This document shows positions 12,985-26,245 of a stretch of DNA of 64,000 nt, piece by piece (positions within the stretch are counted from its first letter, which is position 1; each line of letters starts with the position of its first letter). The DNA is taken from the NCBI GenBank assembly GCA_951406725.2, contig OX597818.1, positions 44,702,001 to 44,766,000 of the forward strand. Reading direction: 5' to 3'. Origin of the DNA: Octopus vulgaris (taxonomy: Eukaryota). Under the pieces are notes generated by a model. That model was not told where the DNA came from. It saw only the letters and a list, made by a program, of their open reading frames with translations, and searched no databases. Made by a program: the position numbers and the translations under genes.

Positions 12985-13232
12985 TACGCCCTTTTAAAGC
13001 CTAGCCAGGCTCATGGGCTTGGTTTCCTGGTTTCTATGGCGTATATGTTCCCCAGCTGGATAGGATGCCAGTCCATCGCAGCGTTACTCATTTTTGCCAG
13101 CTGAGTGGACTGGAGCAATGTGAAATTAAATGTATTGCTCAAGAACACAACACGTCGCCCAGTCCAGGAATCGAAACCACAATCTTACGATCATGGTGCT
13201 GACACCCTAACCACTAAGCCACACACCTCCAC
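12985..13232 (-). mobile_element. tRNA-derived SINE family D
   Basis: Head tggcttagtggttaggg..ggtttcgattcc then tgtgttcttgagcaa..ttgctccagtccactcagctgg. Related copies about 6130-6425-, 27050-27375+, 28248-28552-, 29105-29770+, 33425-33618-. Confidence 0.8.
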
Positions 13233-13650
13233 ATTATAACACATTGGTGAGCAGAAATGTTTAATTTCAAAATCATTTTTTGTTGTTATGCAAGTGTAAG
13301 CAAATTCTGGTATATTTGATTCACAAATACTATAATTACTGTTACTAAGTTCTGGTTGCTATGTTTGGAAAATGTAGCCAACAACTTTACTGGGAGAGGA
13401 AGAGAGAGGGAGAGAGAGAGAAGATGAAGCATTTGATAAGACTAAGGCTTAGTTCTGGAGCACACAGTCAGAGATGGTTGCCTTGTTGGATTGGAAATGG
13501 AGGAATATTAGCACATAACAACTATGGAAATGTGATGAAGCTAGAGGCATGTAGAAATAAAATTTGAGAGGAACTTAGCTGAGTGCATGCATTGTGGACC
13601 TGGAAATATAATCAAGGGCAAATGCATCAGCTTTTTTTTTTTTTTTTCAG

Positions 13651-13803
13651 TGGGATTGCTGCTAACAGAAACCATCTTGTTTGAAAAAAGTTTAGTGGAT
13701 AAAAGGCTTCTGAATTTGATAATTTCCAAAACTAAGCTCAAATTCTGCAATGAGTTACTGGATATAGAAATGGTTACCACCACTGTTAATGTTATATTCC
13801 AAG
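13651..13803 (+). pseudogene. 153-bp exon with open frame
   Basis: Long T tract+cag acceptor, donor aag|gtaatc, phase 1-1; GLLLTETILFEKSLVDKRLLNLIISKTKLKFCNELLDIEMVTTTVNVIFQ. Confidence 0.6.
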
Positions 13804-15664
13804 GTAATCCAAAAAGAGAACCTCTAATCAATCCAGTGTTTAAGCACGTACGTGTATGTGTGTATGAGTGAGAGAGAGAGATTCTTGTGTATTTCAGTGT
13901 GAGTGTGTGTGCATATTTGAGATTCTGTAAGTACTTAAGTGTGTTTATGTGTGTATCTAATGCATATGTGGCACTTTTTATTGTGGTGCAGGCCTTTTAA
14001 AGTTTTCCACTTCCATTATATAAGACTCCACCTGCAGAAGCGACTAGCAGAGTAACATCTACTTTTGATTGAATCAGAAGTACTTTGCTCTAGATCAATG
14101 CATCTCTGTCTTTTGATTTCACGACATCTGGGAGATCAGTTGTAAATTACTGATCATTTTGCATAGTAACTATTGAAAAACCTGTTTCGAAGTCAAAAGT
14201 TCAGAAAAAGTATAGAAAAACCATTGCTTAAATTGTTTTATTAATTATATTTGTATTTTAAAAATTATTGATAACATGATTTTTCAAGATGGCCAAATGT
14301 TGTTGTAATGGATTTCCTAGGGTCTTAAATTATATATTTTTAAAAGTCTGTGGTGTACCTTACAGTGCACTGTTTAGGAACCCCTGTTCTAGCTTGAAGC
14401 TATATTAGGAAACTACAAAACATTGTGAAAAGCAAGGGTTTGTATTGGCATGTGAGTACATATAAAATAAATAGATTGCCAGCCAGTGTTATACATGGAA
14501 GCTGCTTCATATTGATCATATTTGAAAGCTTTCTTGGGGCAGTAATTAATTATAGAGCAATCAAAGTTTACTATGTGAACTTAACTAACATCTCAGAAGG
14601 AAAGCCTAAGGCTTGCTGCCAGAGATTTAATTTTGCCTAACTTAGGTGGAAGAAATGGTATCACAACTGAGGTGGCAGCTGTTGTTAAATAATAATAATG
14701 ATAAAGTGAGAGATAAGAACTTGAAAGAGAGAAAACTAAAAAAACAAACCCACCCACCAAAAAAAACAAACAAAAACAAAACAACAGTGAATACACTTGA
14801 CATGATATTGTCTTCTAGTATTGATCTAAGACAATAATTGGGAAAAGGACACCATGAATTAAATCGATCCCAGTACTTAACATCATCATCATCATCATCG
14901 TTTAGTGTCTGCTTTCCATGCTAGCATGGGTTGGACGGTTCAACTGGGGTCTGGGAAGCCAGAAGGCTGCACCAGGCTCCAGTCTGATCTGGCAATGTTT
15001 CTATGGCTGGATGCCCTTCCTAATGCCAACCACTCCGTGAGTGTAGTGGGTGCTTTTTACGTGCCACAGGTGCCAGACGAGGCTGGCAAATGGCCACGAT
15101 CGGATGGTGCGTTTTTACGTGCCACCGGCACGGGGGCCCGGCGAGGCTGGCAACAGCCACGATCGGATGGTGCTTTTATTATCCCCACCAAAAAATGTCA
15201 AGTCAGATCTGTAAAGGATATAGCTAAATAAATATCTCCAAGAATTTCTTCCAGTGCTCTATAGTTTCTTCCATCTATATCTGGCACTGGTTAAAAAGGC
15301 ACAAGCATTCAATTCATTTGAATTTGTGAAGCTGTAAACTGGCTGACAGTTGAACAGGGACAATGCGGGTCAAAGGGGACTTTTTATTTACATCAAGGAC
15401 ATGACAGCTCTCTAGTGTTGATACCAGGATAAAATATATCCAATGCACTCTATAGAATGTTTGGTGCTAAGAAGAGCATCCAGCTGTGAAAATTATGCCA
15501 AAGATGACATTGGAGCTCAATGTGGTCCTGCATCTCACTGGTACCTTGTCGAACCATGCCAGTCCATGCCAAAATGGAAAGTGGATGATAAATGATGATG
15601 AGGATGATAATTATGATATGTATGTGTGTATGTATACATATGTATGTATGTCTCTTCTATTTTT

Positions 15665-16066
15665 TAATTATTATAAATCTTACACTGAGGAGGGAGCCGG
15701 TTTCCAACAAAGATACAAGGCTCCATCTTTGGGATGTAGTTAACACAAACAAATTCACATTTGGAACTTGAAAAAAAGTCTTGCACATTTTTATTGTTCC
15801 ACTCACAGATTGTACTTGCATCGTATGAATTAACCGGTCGATTTCTCTTTCTGAAAATCCCAGTTTATCCAGATTCTCTTTAAGCATTTACTAACAAATG
15901 CCTAGTGCTCCAATTATTATTGGCATGAGTTTTTGAAGCAGTTGTCCATAGATATCCTCTTTTTCTTTGATTTTCAAAGAGATATTTATATCTGCAGGGT
16001 AGCTGACCTCTATGATGGTACGTACCTTTGTCCCTCTGTCCCAAACACCAATATCCAACCTGTTGT
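15665..16066 (-). mobile_element. 5'-truncated non-LTR retrotransposon, restriction-like endonuclease clade (R4/Dong-like)
   Basis: NRLDIGVWDRGTKVRTIIEVSYPADINISLKIKEKEDIY..PIIIGALG and LDKLGFS..MQVQSVSGTIKMCKTF resemble the PD..(D/E)xK C-terminal domain. Confidence 0.8.
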
Positions 16067-16487
16067 ATGTATATATGTATGTATATTCAGTTTGTTTCAA
16101 GATTTCTTGCCAACAGAGAAAGAACTGGTTTCTAACCTAGATCTAAGGCTCTTTCATTGGAATTTCAACATCAACAACAGGGTATTTTTGTCTGTCTGTC
16201 TGTCTGTCAGTATGTATGTATGTATGTGCAGATTTGTATGTTTTATGTATGTATTCTCATGCATATAGTTGCAAATCTAGACATGCTCATATATGTATGT
16301 GGCAATCTTCCACATGGTTTTCTGTCTACTAAATTCACTCACAAGACATTGGTTAACCCCGGTCTATAGTAGAGAACACTTTCTCAAGTTGCTGGGCATA
16401 GTGGGACTGAACCCTGAACCAATGTGGCTGCAAAGCGAACTTCTTAACCACACATCCATGCTGACACTTTATTCCTACATTTGCCAG

Positions 16488-16635
16488 TTTCACTCCTTTG
16501 TGAGCATTTTATAAAACCTACCTGTAAAGGCACTGATAGTCATCTTGCCTGGAACACCAGCGAACCTTGAGCCAGCCTCATAGGCTGTAGCAAAGATAGA
16601 GCATTACTATCATAACAATATGTGGAACACATAAG
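16488..16635 (+). pseudogene. Exon remnant, CTLD W...EP motif
   Basis: ttgccag| ... aag|gtatc; phase 1: SLLCEHFIKPTCKGTDSHLAWNTSEP*ASLIGC (cf. Y.NW...EPN.....C). Confidence 0.55.
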
Positions 16636-18049
16636 GTATCATATCTCAGACAAATTACTATTCTCTGTGTCATATTTTAGACTATATACTACTGAAACTA
16701 GTAGTGCATTAATTATTACATTTTTCGATTCATTGTATTTTAATCTATTCTCTGATATTAAAACTTAATGTTTTTTAAACATCATAATTTTCATATTATA
16801 CATCTTTTTGCGATTTATTAATTAATTTTTATTTTCTTTGTGGGGAGGGGGCTCCTCATAATTTCATGTTTATCAATTCTTTATAGTATTTGTTTTTCTG
16901 CCAACATTTTTGCAAAGAATATTTTGCCAGTAGTATTAATATTTAAGATATAGCATTCTTCTTATAAGTGGATTGGTAATTATTTCTTTGATTGTATAAT
17001 TAATGAAGATTTATCTATCTTCTTCTTTTTTTCTTATATATAAAAATTAATATCTAAATAATTTTTCCTGATTTGTTCTTTGCATTTTTTTTGTTTTTTC
17101 ATTCTAAATTTTTGGATTGGTTTCTATATAAAACCTTCGGAATAAATCATTGAATCATTTCTGCTTCCACAAGTATTAATGGATATGTTATGGAATTACG
17201 GCATGAAAATAATTTTTCTCTTTTCTACTCTAGGCACAAAGCCCAAAATTTTTGGGGAGGGGGCCAGTCAATTAGATGGACCCCAGTACACAACTGGTAC
17301 TTATTTTATCGACCCAGGATAGATGAAAGGCAAAGATGATTGACCTCAGTAGAATTTGAACTCAGAATGTAAAGACAGATGAAATCCTGTTAAGCTTTTC
17401 ACTCAGTGCACTTATGTTTCTGCCGGCTTGCTGCCTTTAATAAATGATAAATAAATATTTTTTTTCTGTCGTTGGCTCTAGTCTCAGTCCCTCTGCATGG
17501 TACCTTGAGCAAGTGTCTTCTTCTATAACCTTGGGCCAACCAAAGCCTTGTGAACAGATTCAGTTGGTGGAAACTGAAAGAAGTCCATTGTGTATATATA
17601 TATATATATATATATATACTCTTTACTCTTTTTTTTTTACTCTTTTTACTTGTTTCAGTCATTTGACTGCGGCCATGCTGGAGCACCGCCTTTAATCGAA
17701 CAAATCGACTCTGGGACTTATTCTTTTTGTAAGCCCAGTACTTATTCTATCGGTCTCTTTTGCCAAACCACTAAGTAACGGGGACATAAACACACCAGCA
17801 TCAGTTGTCAAGCAATGCTAGGGGAACAAACACAGGCACACAAATACACACATGCATATATATATATACATATATATGACGGGCTTCTTTTCAGTTTCCG
17901 TCAACTAAATCCACTCACAAGGCTTTGGTCGGCCCAAGGCTATAGTAGAAGACACTTTCCCAAGGTGCCACGCAGTGGGACTGAACCCGGAACCATGTGG
18001 TTGGTAAACAAGCTACTTACCACATAGCCATATATATATATATATATAT

Positions 18050-18450
18050 CTTCAAAAGTATTCAGAAGTACTGGTCTTTGGATATATGCTGTTTGATGTC
18101 ACTTGGTCAAATATGTATATTAATTATCAGTGCTCTCAAATTTAAAATTCGAAATACCGTACTGATGAGGAGAGTGAGTGAGTAGAAATAAGATTTTACA
18201 TTTTTCACATCTCTCTAACTCTGAAATGCATATACAGTTAATCAGAGCTGGGTAGATTCGTTTTTTTTCTCTCTTTACTGACGTGAGTTGTTGAGTATTG
18301 CTGTCTGGGAGATATCTTATAGTAGTAGAATAGTAGTTTTTAACTGCTAGTTCTAAATTTCAGTATGTGGGGAAGCAAATTTTGCTGAACCCTAATTATA
18401 ATTATGCTCATAATTATAGAATTTTTGTATGAGCAAATGATTATGAAAAC
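18050..18450 (+). mobile_element. Penelope-like fragment containing a hammerhead motif
   Basis: Related 5'-truncated copy at about 21615-21860 (cccgaaacgcatac..gagtattgctgtctg). Confidence 0.6.
18156..18238 (+). ncRNA. Minimal type I hammerhead motif with intact core
   Basis: ACCGTA-CTGATGA-GGAGAG..long stem II..CTCTCTAACTCT-GAAA-TGCA-TA-TACAGT. Confidence 0.7.
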
Positions 18451-18482
18451 AGCACAGCTCCCATGACTTCAGGAAACATTTT

Positions 18483-18740
18483 TTCATGCTGAGAGTTGCT
18501 GAAGCGTGGAACAAACTGCCGGCATCGGTTGTTAGTTGTCGGAGCACTGCATCCTTCAAAACTTCCATGCTTCCTGAGATTCGCCAACACTACACTTGAT
18601 TTTCTCCCCTCCATACACACACAAGCATGTTCACTTTCCAGACATTTCTACATTGCTGCATGTACTTTATATGCACTTTCTGACAAGTTGTGGTGCACCT
18701 GAGCACTGTATACAATAATTTCATTATTATACATATTATT
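18483..18740 (+). mobile_element. 3' end of a CR1-like LINE
   Basis: LRVAEAWNKLPASVVSCRSTASFKTSML; shares the tail tgacaagttgtggtgcacctgagcactgtatacaataatttcatt with 29434-29480. Confidence 0.8.
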
Positions 18741-19005
18741 ATATACATACATTTTTGATGAGGAAATGATTATACACACACACACACACACAAACAAGAA
18801 AAAAAAATATATGAAACTGGTTTCAATCATTGATTTTGTGACCCTGCTCTAACACTGTCTTCAGAGTTGTAATATCAATAATAATATCAATGTTAATACT
18901 TTGAGAATGTATGTACCTTTTATTGACTTCAGAAGGATGAAAAGTGAAAATTAATCTGGGTGGGATTTTAAAATACAGGAATATAACTGAATATTATTTT
19001 TAAAT

Positions 19006-19380
19006 TTTGGTACAAGGCCAAACATTTCAGGGGAAAATTTCGTACAAGGTCAGCAATTTCAGGGGAAAATTTGATACAAGGCCAGCAATTTCAAGGGAAA
19101 ATTTGGCACAAGGTCAGCAATTTCAGGGGAAAATTTGGTACAAGGCCAGCAATTTCAAGGGAAAATTTGGCACAAGGTCAGCAATTTCAGGGGAAAATTT
19201 CGTACAAGGCCAGCAATTTCAAGGGAAAATTTGGCACAAGGTCAGCAATTTAGGGGAAAATTTGGCACAAGGCCAGCAATTTCAGGGGAAAATTTGGCAC
19301 AAGGCCAGCAATTTCAGGGAAAAATTTGGCACAAGACCAACAATTTCAGGAGAAAATTTGGTACAAGGCCAACAATTTTA
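19006..19380. repeat. 32-bp minisatellite, ~12 copies
   Basis: Unit tttggcacaagg(c/t)cagcaatttca(g/a)gggaaaa, tandem with no spacers. Confidence 0.95.
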
Positions 19381-19880
19381 GAGGTGGGGTGAAGTCAATT
19401 ACATGAACAACCCCACTTGTATGACAATGATACTCATTTACAACCATCAAATGATGCCAAATCAAAGGTACACATACTCAAAGACACACATGTGCACACA
19501 CACACACACAGACACACACACAGACAGACACACACACATGTATATGTATATATAATGCATTTTTATGTAAAACACAGTACGAATCAGATGAACTGGAATA
19601 AATGTAAATAATGTTATGTGTCTGATTGGGGGAGGAAACTGATCTTGTCTATTCTTGGAAGAACAGTCAACAAACTATGAAATAGTCTGCTGAGACACTA
19701 TTTTTTAACCACAAAATGAAATCGTTGCTGGGCTTTCTTTCTCTCTCTCTCTCTCACACACACACATATATATATACACATGCACAAACATATATGCATA
19801 TAGATCTATGTATTATGCACATATATGTGTGTGTGTGTTTATGCATATATATTCAAATATATATATATATATATGTATAA

Positions 19881-19919
<39 letters not shown>

Positions 19920-20079
19920 ATAATAAACAGCTTGCTTATGAACCACATGGTTCCGGGTTCAGTCCCACTGCATAGCATCTTGGGCAAGTGTCTTCTACTA
20001 TAGCCTTGGGCCGACCAAAGCCTTGTGAGTGGATTTGGTAGACGGAAACTGAAAGAAGCCCGTCATATATATGTATGTG

Positions 20080-20112
<33 letters not shown>

Positions 20113-21080
20113 ATGTGTGTGTATGTATGTGTGTGTGTGTATGTGTGTGTGTGTGTGTGCGTATGTTTGTGTGTCTGTGTTTGTCCCCCCAACATCGCTT
20201 GACAACCGATGCTGGAGTGTTTACGTCTCCGTAACTTAGCGGTTCGGCAAAAGAGATGGATAGAATAAGTACTAGACTTACAAGGAATAAGTCCTGGGGC
20301 CGATTTGCTCGACTAAAGGCAGTGCTCCAGCATGGCCACAGTCAACTGACTGAAACAAGTAAAGAGTAAAGAGTATATGTATACACACACACATGCACAC
20401 ACACACACACGCACACACACACACACACACGCAAACTGATAAAACAGTTCTCCCCTGCCACTATAAAAACAAGATTCTACAGTTTGCTTTCATTGCAGTG
20501 ACTTTTGTCTTTTGAGGATTTAGTGTCACGTACTTAATGTTTTTTTTAACAATGTTTATACATCTATGTTTACATCATAAATAATCTAGCATTTTCCAAA
20601 ATATTTGCTTTTTGCCTGGCATATTGTTTTGGAAATAGTTTTAATACAATATTTATTAAAAGTTCCAATATGAATTTTATGTTTGACATTAGGGACCTAG
20701 ATATTATTGGATTTTCCTGCAGTTTACACATCATATGTCTATATCTATCTATCTATCTATCTATATATATATATATATATATTTTATTTTCCAAATTTGT
20801 GTGAATCTGTAAAGAATAATATATCAGCTGAATAATGCTAAAACATGGTCTGGTTTTCACGTTATTTTGTTACGGTATACTTTTTTTACTCTTTTACTTA
20901 TTTCAGTCATTTGACTGTGGCAATGCTGGAGCACCACCTTTAGCCGAGCAAATTGACCCCAGGACTTATTCTTTGTAAGCCTAGTTCTTATTCTATTGGT
21001 CTCTTTTGCTGAACTGCTAAGTGACGGGGACATAAACACACCAGCATCGGTTGTTAAGCAATGCTAAGGGGACAAACACA

Positions 21081-21140
<60 letters not shown>

Positions 21141-21929
21141 CATATATACAATGAGCTTCTTTTAGTTTCTGTACACCAAATTCACTCACAAGGCTTTGGT
21201 TGGTCTGAGGCTATAGTAGAAGACACTTGCCCAAGATGCCTTGCAGTGGGACTGAACCCAGAACCATGTGGTTGGTAAGCAAGCTACTTACAACACAGCC
21301 ACTCCTATATATATATATATTTTTTTTTTTTTTTCCCCAAATTTGTGTGAATCTGTAAAGAATACTATATCAGCTGAATAATGTTAAAACATGGTCTTGT
21401 TTTCATGCTTTTGATATGGTATTTTAACATTAAAAATATATTTTGTAATGTTCATAAAGCTCAATTAGCACTTTCATACAGTTGAGATCAAGAGCTCAAC
21501 TGTCAGTTAAATACATTTTGAAATCTGATGATTACTACAAATGTATGAGATCGCTAACTGAACTTCATGAATATTACAAAATATTTCTTTAATGTTAAAA
21601 TACCATAATAAAAATTTTTACACAACTCTAATCCCGAAACGCATACATGATTAACTAAAGGCTGGTTAATTTCGTTATTTTCTTTCTTCTTTTTGCCTAT
21701 GTGAGTTACGAGTATTGCTGTCTGTGGAGATATATTGTAGTTGAAGAATTAGTAGTTTTGACTGCTATTTCCAAATTTCGATATGTGGTGAAGCAACTTT
21801 TTCTAATCCCTTAATTATGTTTATAATTATAAAAAAACTTTTTGTATAAGTTTTTACCGATAATGGTTTTTTCCATACCGAACTACTCGGTATAATTTAT
21901 TAATTAATAATTCCTTACCCTATATCTAT

Positions 21930-21965
<36 letters not shown>

Positions 21966-22948
21966 AAGAGAGAGAGATAGATAGATAGATAGATAGATAG
22001 ATTCAGATGAATATAGTACTTAAGTTGAGGTAGCAGAATTTAGTACGGTATTGCCCATACAATTTCAAAATAAGGTGATTAAAATCAAAATAAGGAACAA
22101 GGATATCCGGAGTGGATATATATATCGATGCAGGCATGGCTGTGTAGTAAGAAGGTTGCTTTCCTACTACATGGTTCCAGGTTCAGTCTCACTGTGTGGC
22201 ATCTTGGTCAAGTGTCTTCTACTATAGCCTCAGGCTGACTAAAGCCTTGTTAGTGGATTTGGTAGACGGAGACTGAAAGAAGCTCGTTGTATATGTATGT
22301 GTTTGTCTATGTTTGTCCCCCACCATCGCTTGACTACTGATGTTGGTGTGTTAACGTCCTTGTAACTTAGCGGTTCAGCAAAACAGACCAGTAGAATAAG
22401 TACTAGGCTTACAAAAAAATAAGTCCTGGAGTTGGTTTATTCAACTAAAGGCGGTGCTCCAGCATGGTCGCAGTCAAATGACTGAAAAAGTAAAAGAATA
22501 AAAATACATATACACACATACACAGACGCACACAAACACACACATGCACTCATACACCCACAAGCAAATACATGAACAGCCTACTAACTAGGAGCATGTT
22601 GCCGTGCTACGATGTCATTAGCTGAGTGGTAAAGTTGTTTCACTCTTTTATAAAAACTACCACTTCACAAAACCTATGGGCCATCCTGGCAGCCAGCTAT
22701 TTAACACCACATAAAAAAATCGCCAGTGCTAAGTTATTTAAACTTGGATATCATCAGATAACTTCCTCTCTTCATTCATTTTTTTGTTTGTTTTTGTTAT
22801 TGTCCCAATGAACTTAGGTATCTTGGAATTTGCCTCATCATATCCTTTATTTCCGCTATGCAACCTAGCTTGTCTCATTAATCTTCAGTTTCCTATAACC
22901 CACCTGCTTATTCTACTAACCTTTTTTTTTTTTTTTTTTCATGTATAG

Positions 22949-23198
22949 CACTTTATTCCAATTACTAACCAACAAGAACAGGTATGTTGGAGTGAAGGTG
23001 ACCTGTCTAGAAAAATCTAGCATACTGAATAAACTCACTGGTATAGAAAGGAACCAAGGCAACAACTGGAAGAACATTACAAATATTTCCTGTCTGTAAT
23101 GAAACCTCATCTACCATGTCGACGTTATAGATGGCAAACAAAAAGTAACTCATGCGTTGCCATGACAAAGATCCAATTTAGAAACATTTTTACATTTG
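22949..23198 (+). pseudogene. 250-bp exon remnant, CTLD core with two stops
   Basis: Poly-T..atag| ... g|gtaag; VCWSEGDLSRKI*HTE*THWYRKEPRQ...SNSCVAM (W.DG, Y..W...EP and CV.M motifs); stops at 23018 and 23030. Confidence 0.6.
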
Positions 23199-23351
23199 GT
23201 AAGAGTTATGATTAATAAAGCCTTCAAGTACTCTCACCAGTTGCTTGTCTTTTATCTATTATTTTTTACTTACTCCTGTATATTTAAAAATTCATTGGGG
23301 GCATCTACTGGCAAGAAAGCAAACCATTTCTTGGTGATCTTTTATCTTTTA

Positions 23352-23743
23352 CTAGCAGTATCACCCGGCGTTGCTCGGGTTTGTTTCGACCCTTTAGAAT
23401 TGGAATTTTTGAAAAGTAAAAATTTTGCATTATGTAGCTTGTTATTCTCTTTAAGTGAACATTTTTCTGGTTGAAATACACCAAAAAATGGCGACACAGC
23501 AGTAAAAAAATCGTGAAAAATAGGGATTTTCATAGAAAAAAAGCACCCTTTTGATGTAAATAATTTTTGGTGTTAACATGGTTCGATTTGAATTTTATCT
23601 TCTACAGAATGAAGAGCAAGCCTTCTGCTATCATACTCTCAATTTTGGTCAACTTGCGCCACAGGGTCTCGGAGGAGATAGAGGTAGTTGAAGGCTACCA
23701 AACCTGCCATACACAGACAACTTCAGCTTCATATATAAAGAGA
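23352..23743 (-). mobile_element. Non-autonomous Helitron (family 2)
   Basis: 5' TCTCTTTATATAT, 3' hairpin+CTAG; same family as 43238-43643. Confidence 0.85.
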
Positions 23744-24371
23744 TTTGTTTCAGCCATTAGACTGTGGCCATGTTGGCGTACTATCTTCAAGAATTTTTAG
23801 TCAGATGAATCGACCCCTGAACATATTTTTTTAAAACCAGGTATTTAGTCTATTGGGGTCTTTTGCTGAACTGCTAGGTTATGAGGATGTAGACACACTA
23901 ACACCAGTTGTCAGGTAGTGGTGGGGACAAACACAGACACAAATTCCCCCCTCCATACACACACACACACACGTACATATATATATACATACAATGGGTT
24001 TCATTAAGTTTCCATCTACCAAATCCTCTCACATGACTTTGGTCAGCCTGGGACTATAGAAAAAGAAACTTGCTCAAAGTGTCACATAGTGGGACTGAAA
24101 CCAGAGCCATGTGGTCAAAAAGCAAGCTTCTTGCCACGCAACTATGCCTCTCCTTATACTTTTCCAATCTGCCATGCAGCAGGACTGAACTTGAAACGAT
24201 ATGATCGAAAAATGAGCTTATTAACCTTGCCAAACAGTCCCCTAAATTAATGAGTATAAATTTTCTTTTAAAGGAGAAAATCTAATGGTGTTTGAAAAAT
24301 AATTTGGAGTACTGATTTGGAAAAGTGAATGAAGTTTACTACAGAGAAACAATTGGTCAGTGTGTTTACAG

Positions 24372-24718
24372 GTTTTAGCAATCATAACTTTTTCCTAATA
24401 TAACAATATTAGTTTCAAAACACAATGTCAGACCAAAATTATTGCCAAGATAAATTCAAAACTAATTCCAAAAGACCTTTAACCATACACCAGCTCTTTT
24501 GAGTACTGCTCCAGAATAAATAACACCACTATCATTATAACACATATTGGATATATGGATGTTCAGTAATATATTTACATGAAATGCGTTATCGACTATC
24601 TTCCAACAAAAGAAGGTCAGAGCTAATGTCCACCAGCTGCCATAGGATGAGATTTGTGCACATAAAATTCTACTTATCCAGACAGATGACTACTTCAGAG
24701 TTGTATATCACATAACTG
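24372..24718 (+). pseudogene. Candidate exon remnant, CUB-like
   Basis: tttacag| acceptor; fragments such as DEICAHKILLIQTDDYFRVVYHI; several stops/frameshifts. Confidence 0.3.
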
Positions 24719-25429
24719 GTTATTTATTAACAATTATCATTTGAGTTCTTACCTTTGTACTATGTTGACTAAAAACAGCTAAATGCATTATACTAAAAAA
24801 TATGTGACAAACCTCATCATTGGTTTTAATATTTAGTTTCTTATACTCATTAACTAACAGCAAACACTGTATTAAGCCTATATAGAGCACTTCATTGTTT
24901 AATATACACTACATAAAAAAATATTATATGTACCTATGTGAATATATGCATGCATATATTATATGTCTGTGTGTGTATATTTAAACACACACCTACACAC
25001 ACATATTACCATTGATGAACATGCTGGAAAGAGATCTGAAATGGCTGATTCACCAGCAGAAACAAAATAAATTAATATATATATATTAATAGTCTTCCTC
25101 ATTGCACAACTATACTCTCTGCCTGTCTGTCTTTCTCTCTAAATAAATTTGTCTACCTCTCTCACTATCATTTCCCTTCTCTCTTTCTCTTAATGTGTGT
25201 GTGTGTACTTGTATGTTGTGCATGTGTGTATTTGAATGTGTGTGCATGTGTGTATATGTGTGGGTATGTTTGCCAAGAAATTTGATTATTTCCACAAGTC
25301 TGTTTATACTTTGAACTTATACTTTAGAATATTAAATATATTAAATTTCGTGATTCTAATGTTACACATTATGTAAAGGTAATTTCTACCTTTCACATTC
25401 ACTGTCCCTCTCACTCTCTTCATATATAC

Positions 25430-25810
<381 letters not shown>

Positions 25811-26075
25811 GTCTTATTTCTTAACTCATGAAATTATATGCAATAAAACACACCCTGTAATTAGCAAGATACATCTTGGAGAAAAAATGTTTTTGATGAT
25901 TTAACGGCATATAATTAACGATTTATTTTTCTAAAAATATGTAATTGGGGATAAAATAGTTTAGCATTAACAACACTTAGTACAGCGCTGCTGGACATGC
26001 TCTCTATGAATTGTTAACATGGGTTTTTTTTTTTCCATTTTCCATTCCAATTATCTCTGTAAGTGTTTTTTTTAG

Positions 26076-26245
26076 AAATACTACAAAGTTCTGACTATCT
26101 GTGCACCCATTATCCTTTACCACATTCTATGGAGGTCAGTGACATGCACCAATGGTCCCATTATATTCGGAGAAATTGTGTGAGAGAGAAAGTGCCACTC
26201 ATATCACATATGCCTGTTAGGACTCACATGAAATATGCTTCTTGA
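26076..26245 (+). pseudogene. Candidate exon remnant
   Basis: ttttttttag| acceptor; phase-1 open reading ILQSSDYLCTHYPLPHSMEVSDMHQWSHYIRRNCVREK...; non-repetitive sequence. Confidence 0.35.

Noticed and set aside
19007-19392. Repetitive ORFs and CRISPR-like periodicity
   Set aside because: Pure tandem 32-mer with no unique spacers and no cas genes; the ORFs are repeat artefacts.
25008-25070. TTGATGA..GCTGG/CCAGC..GAAAC motif
   Set aside because: Mutated core, wrong spacing, no stem I or cleavage triplet.
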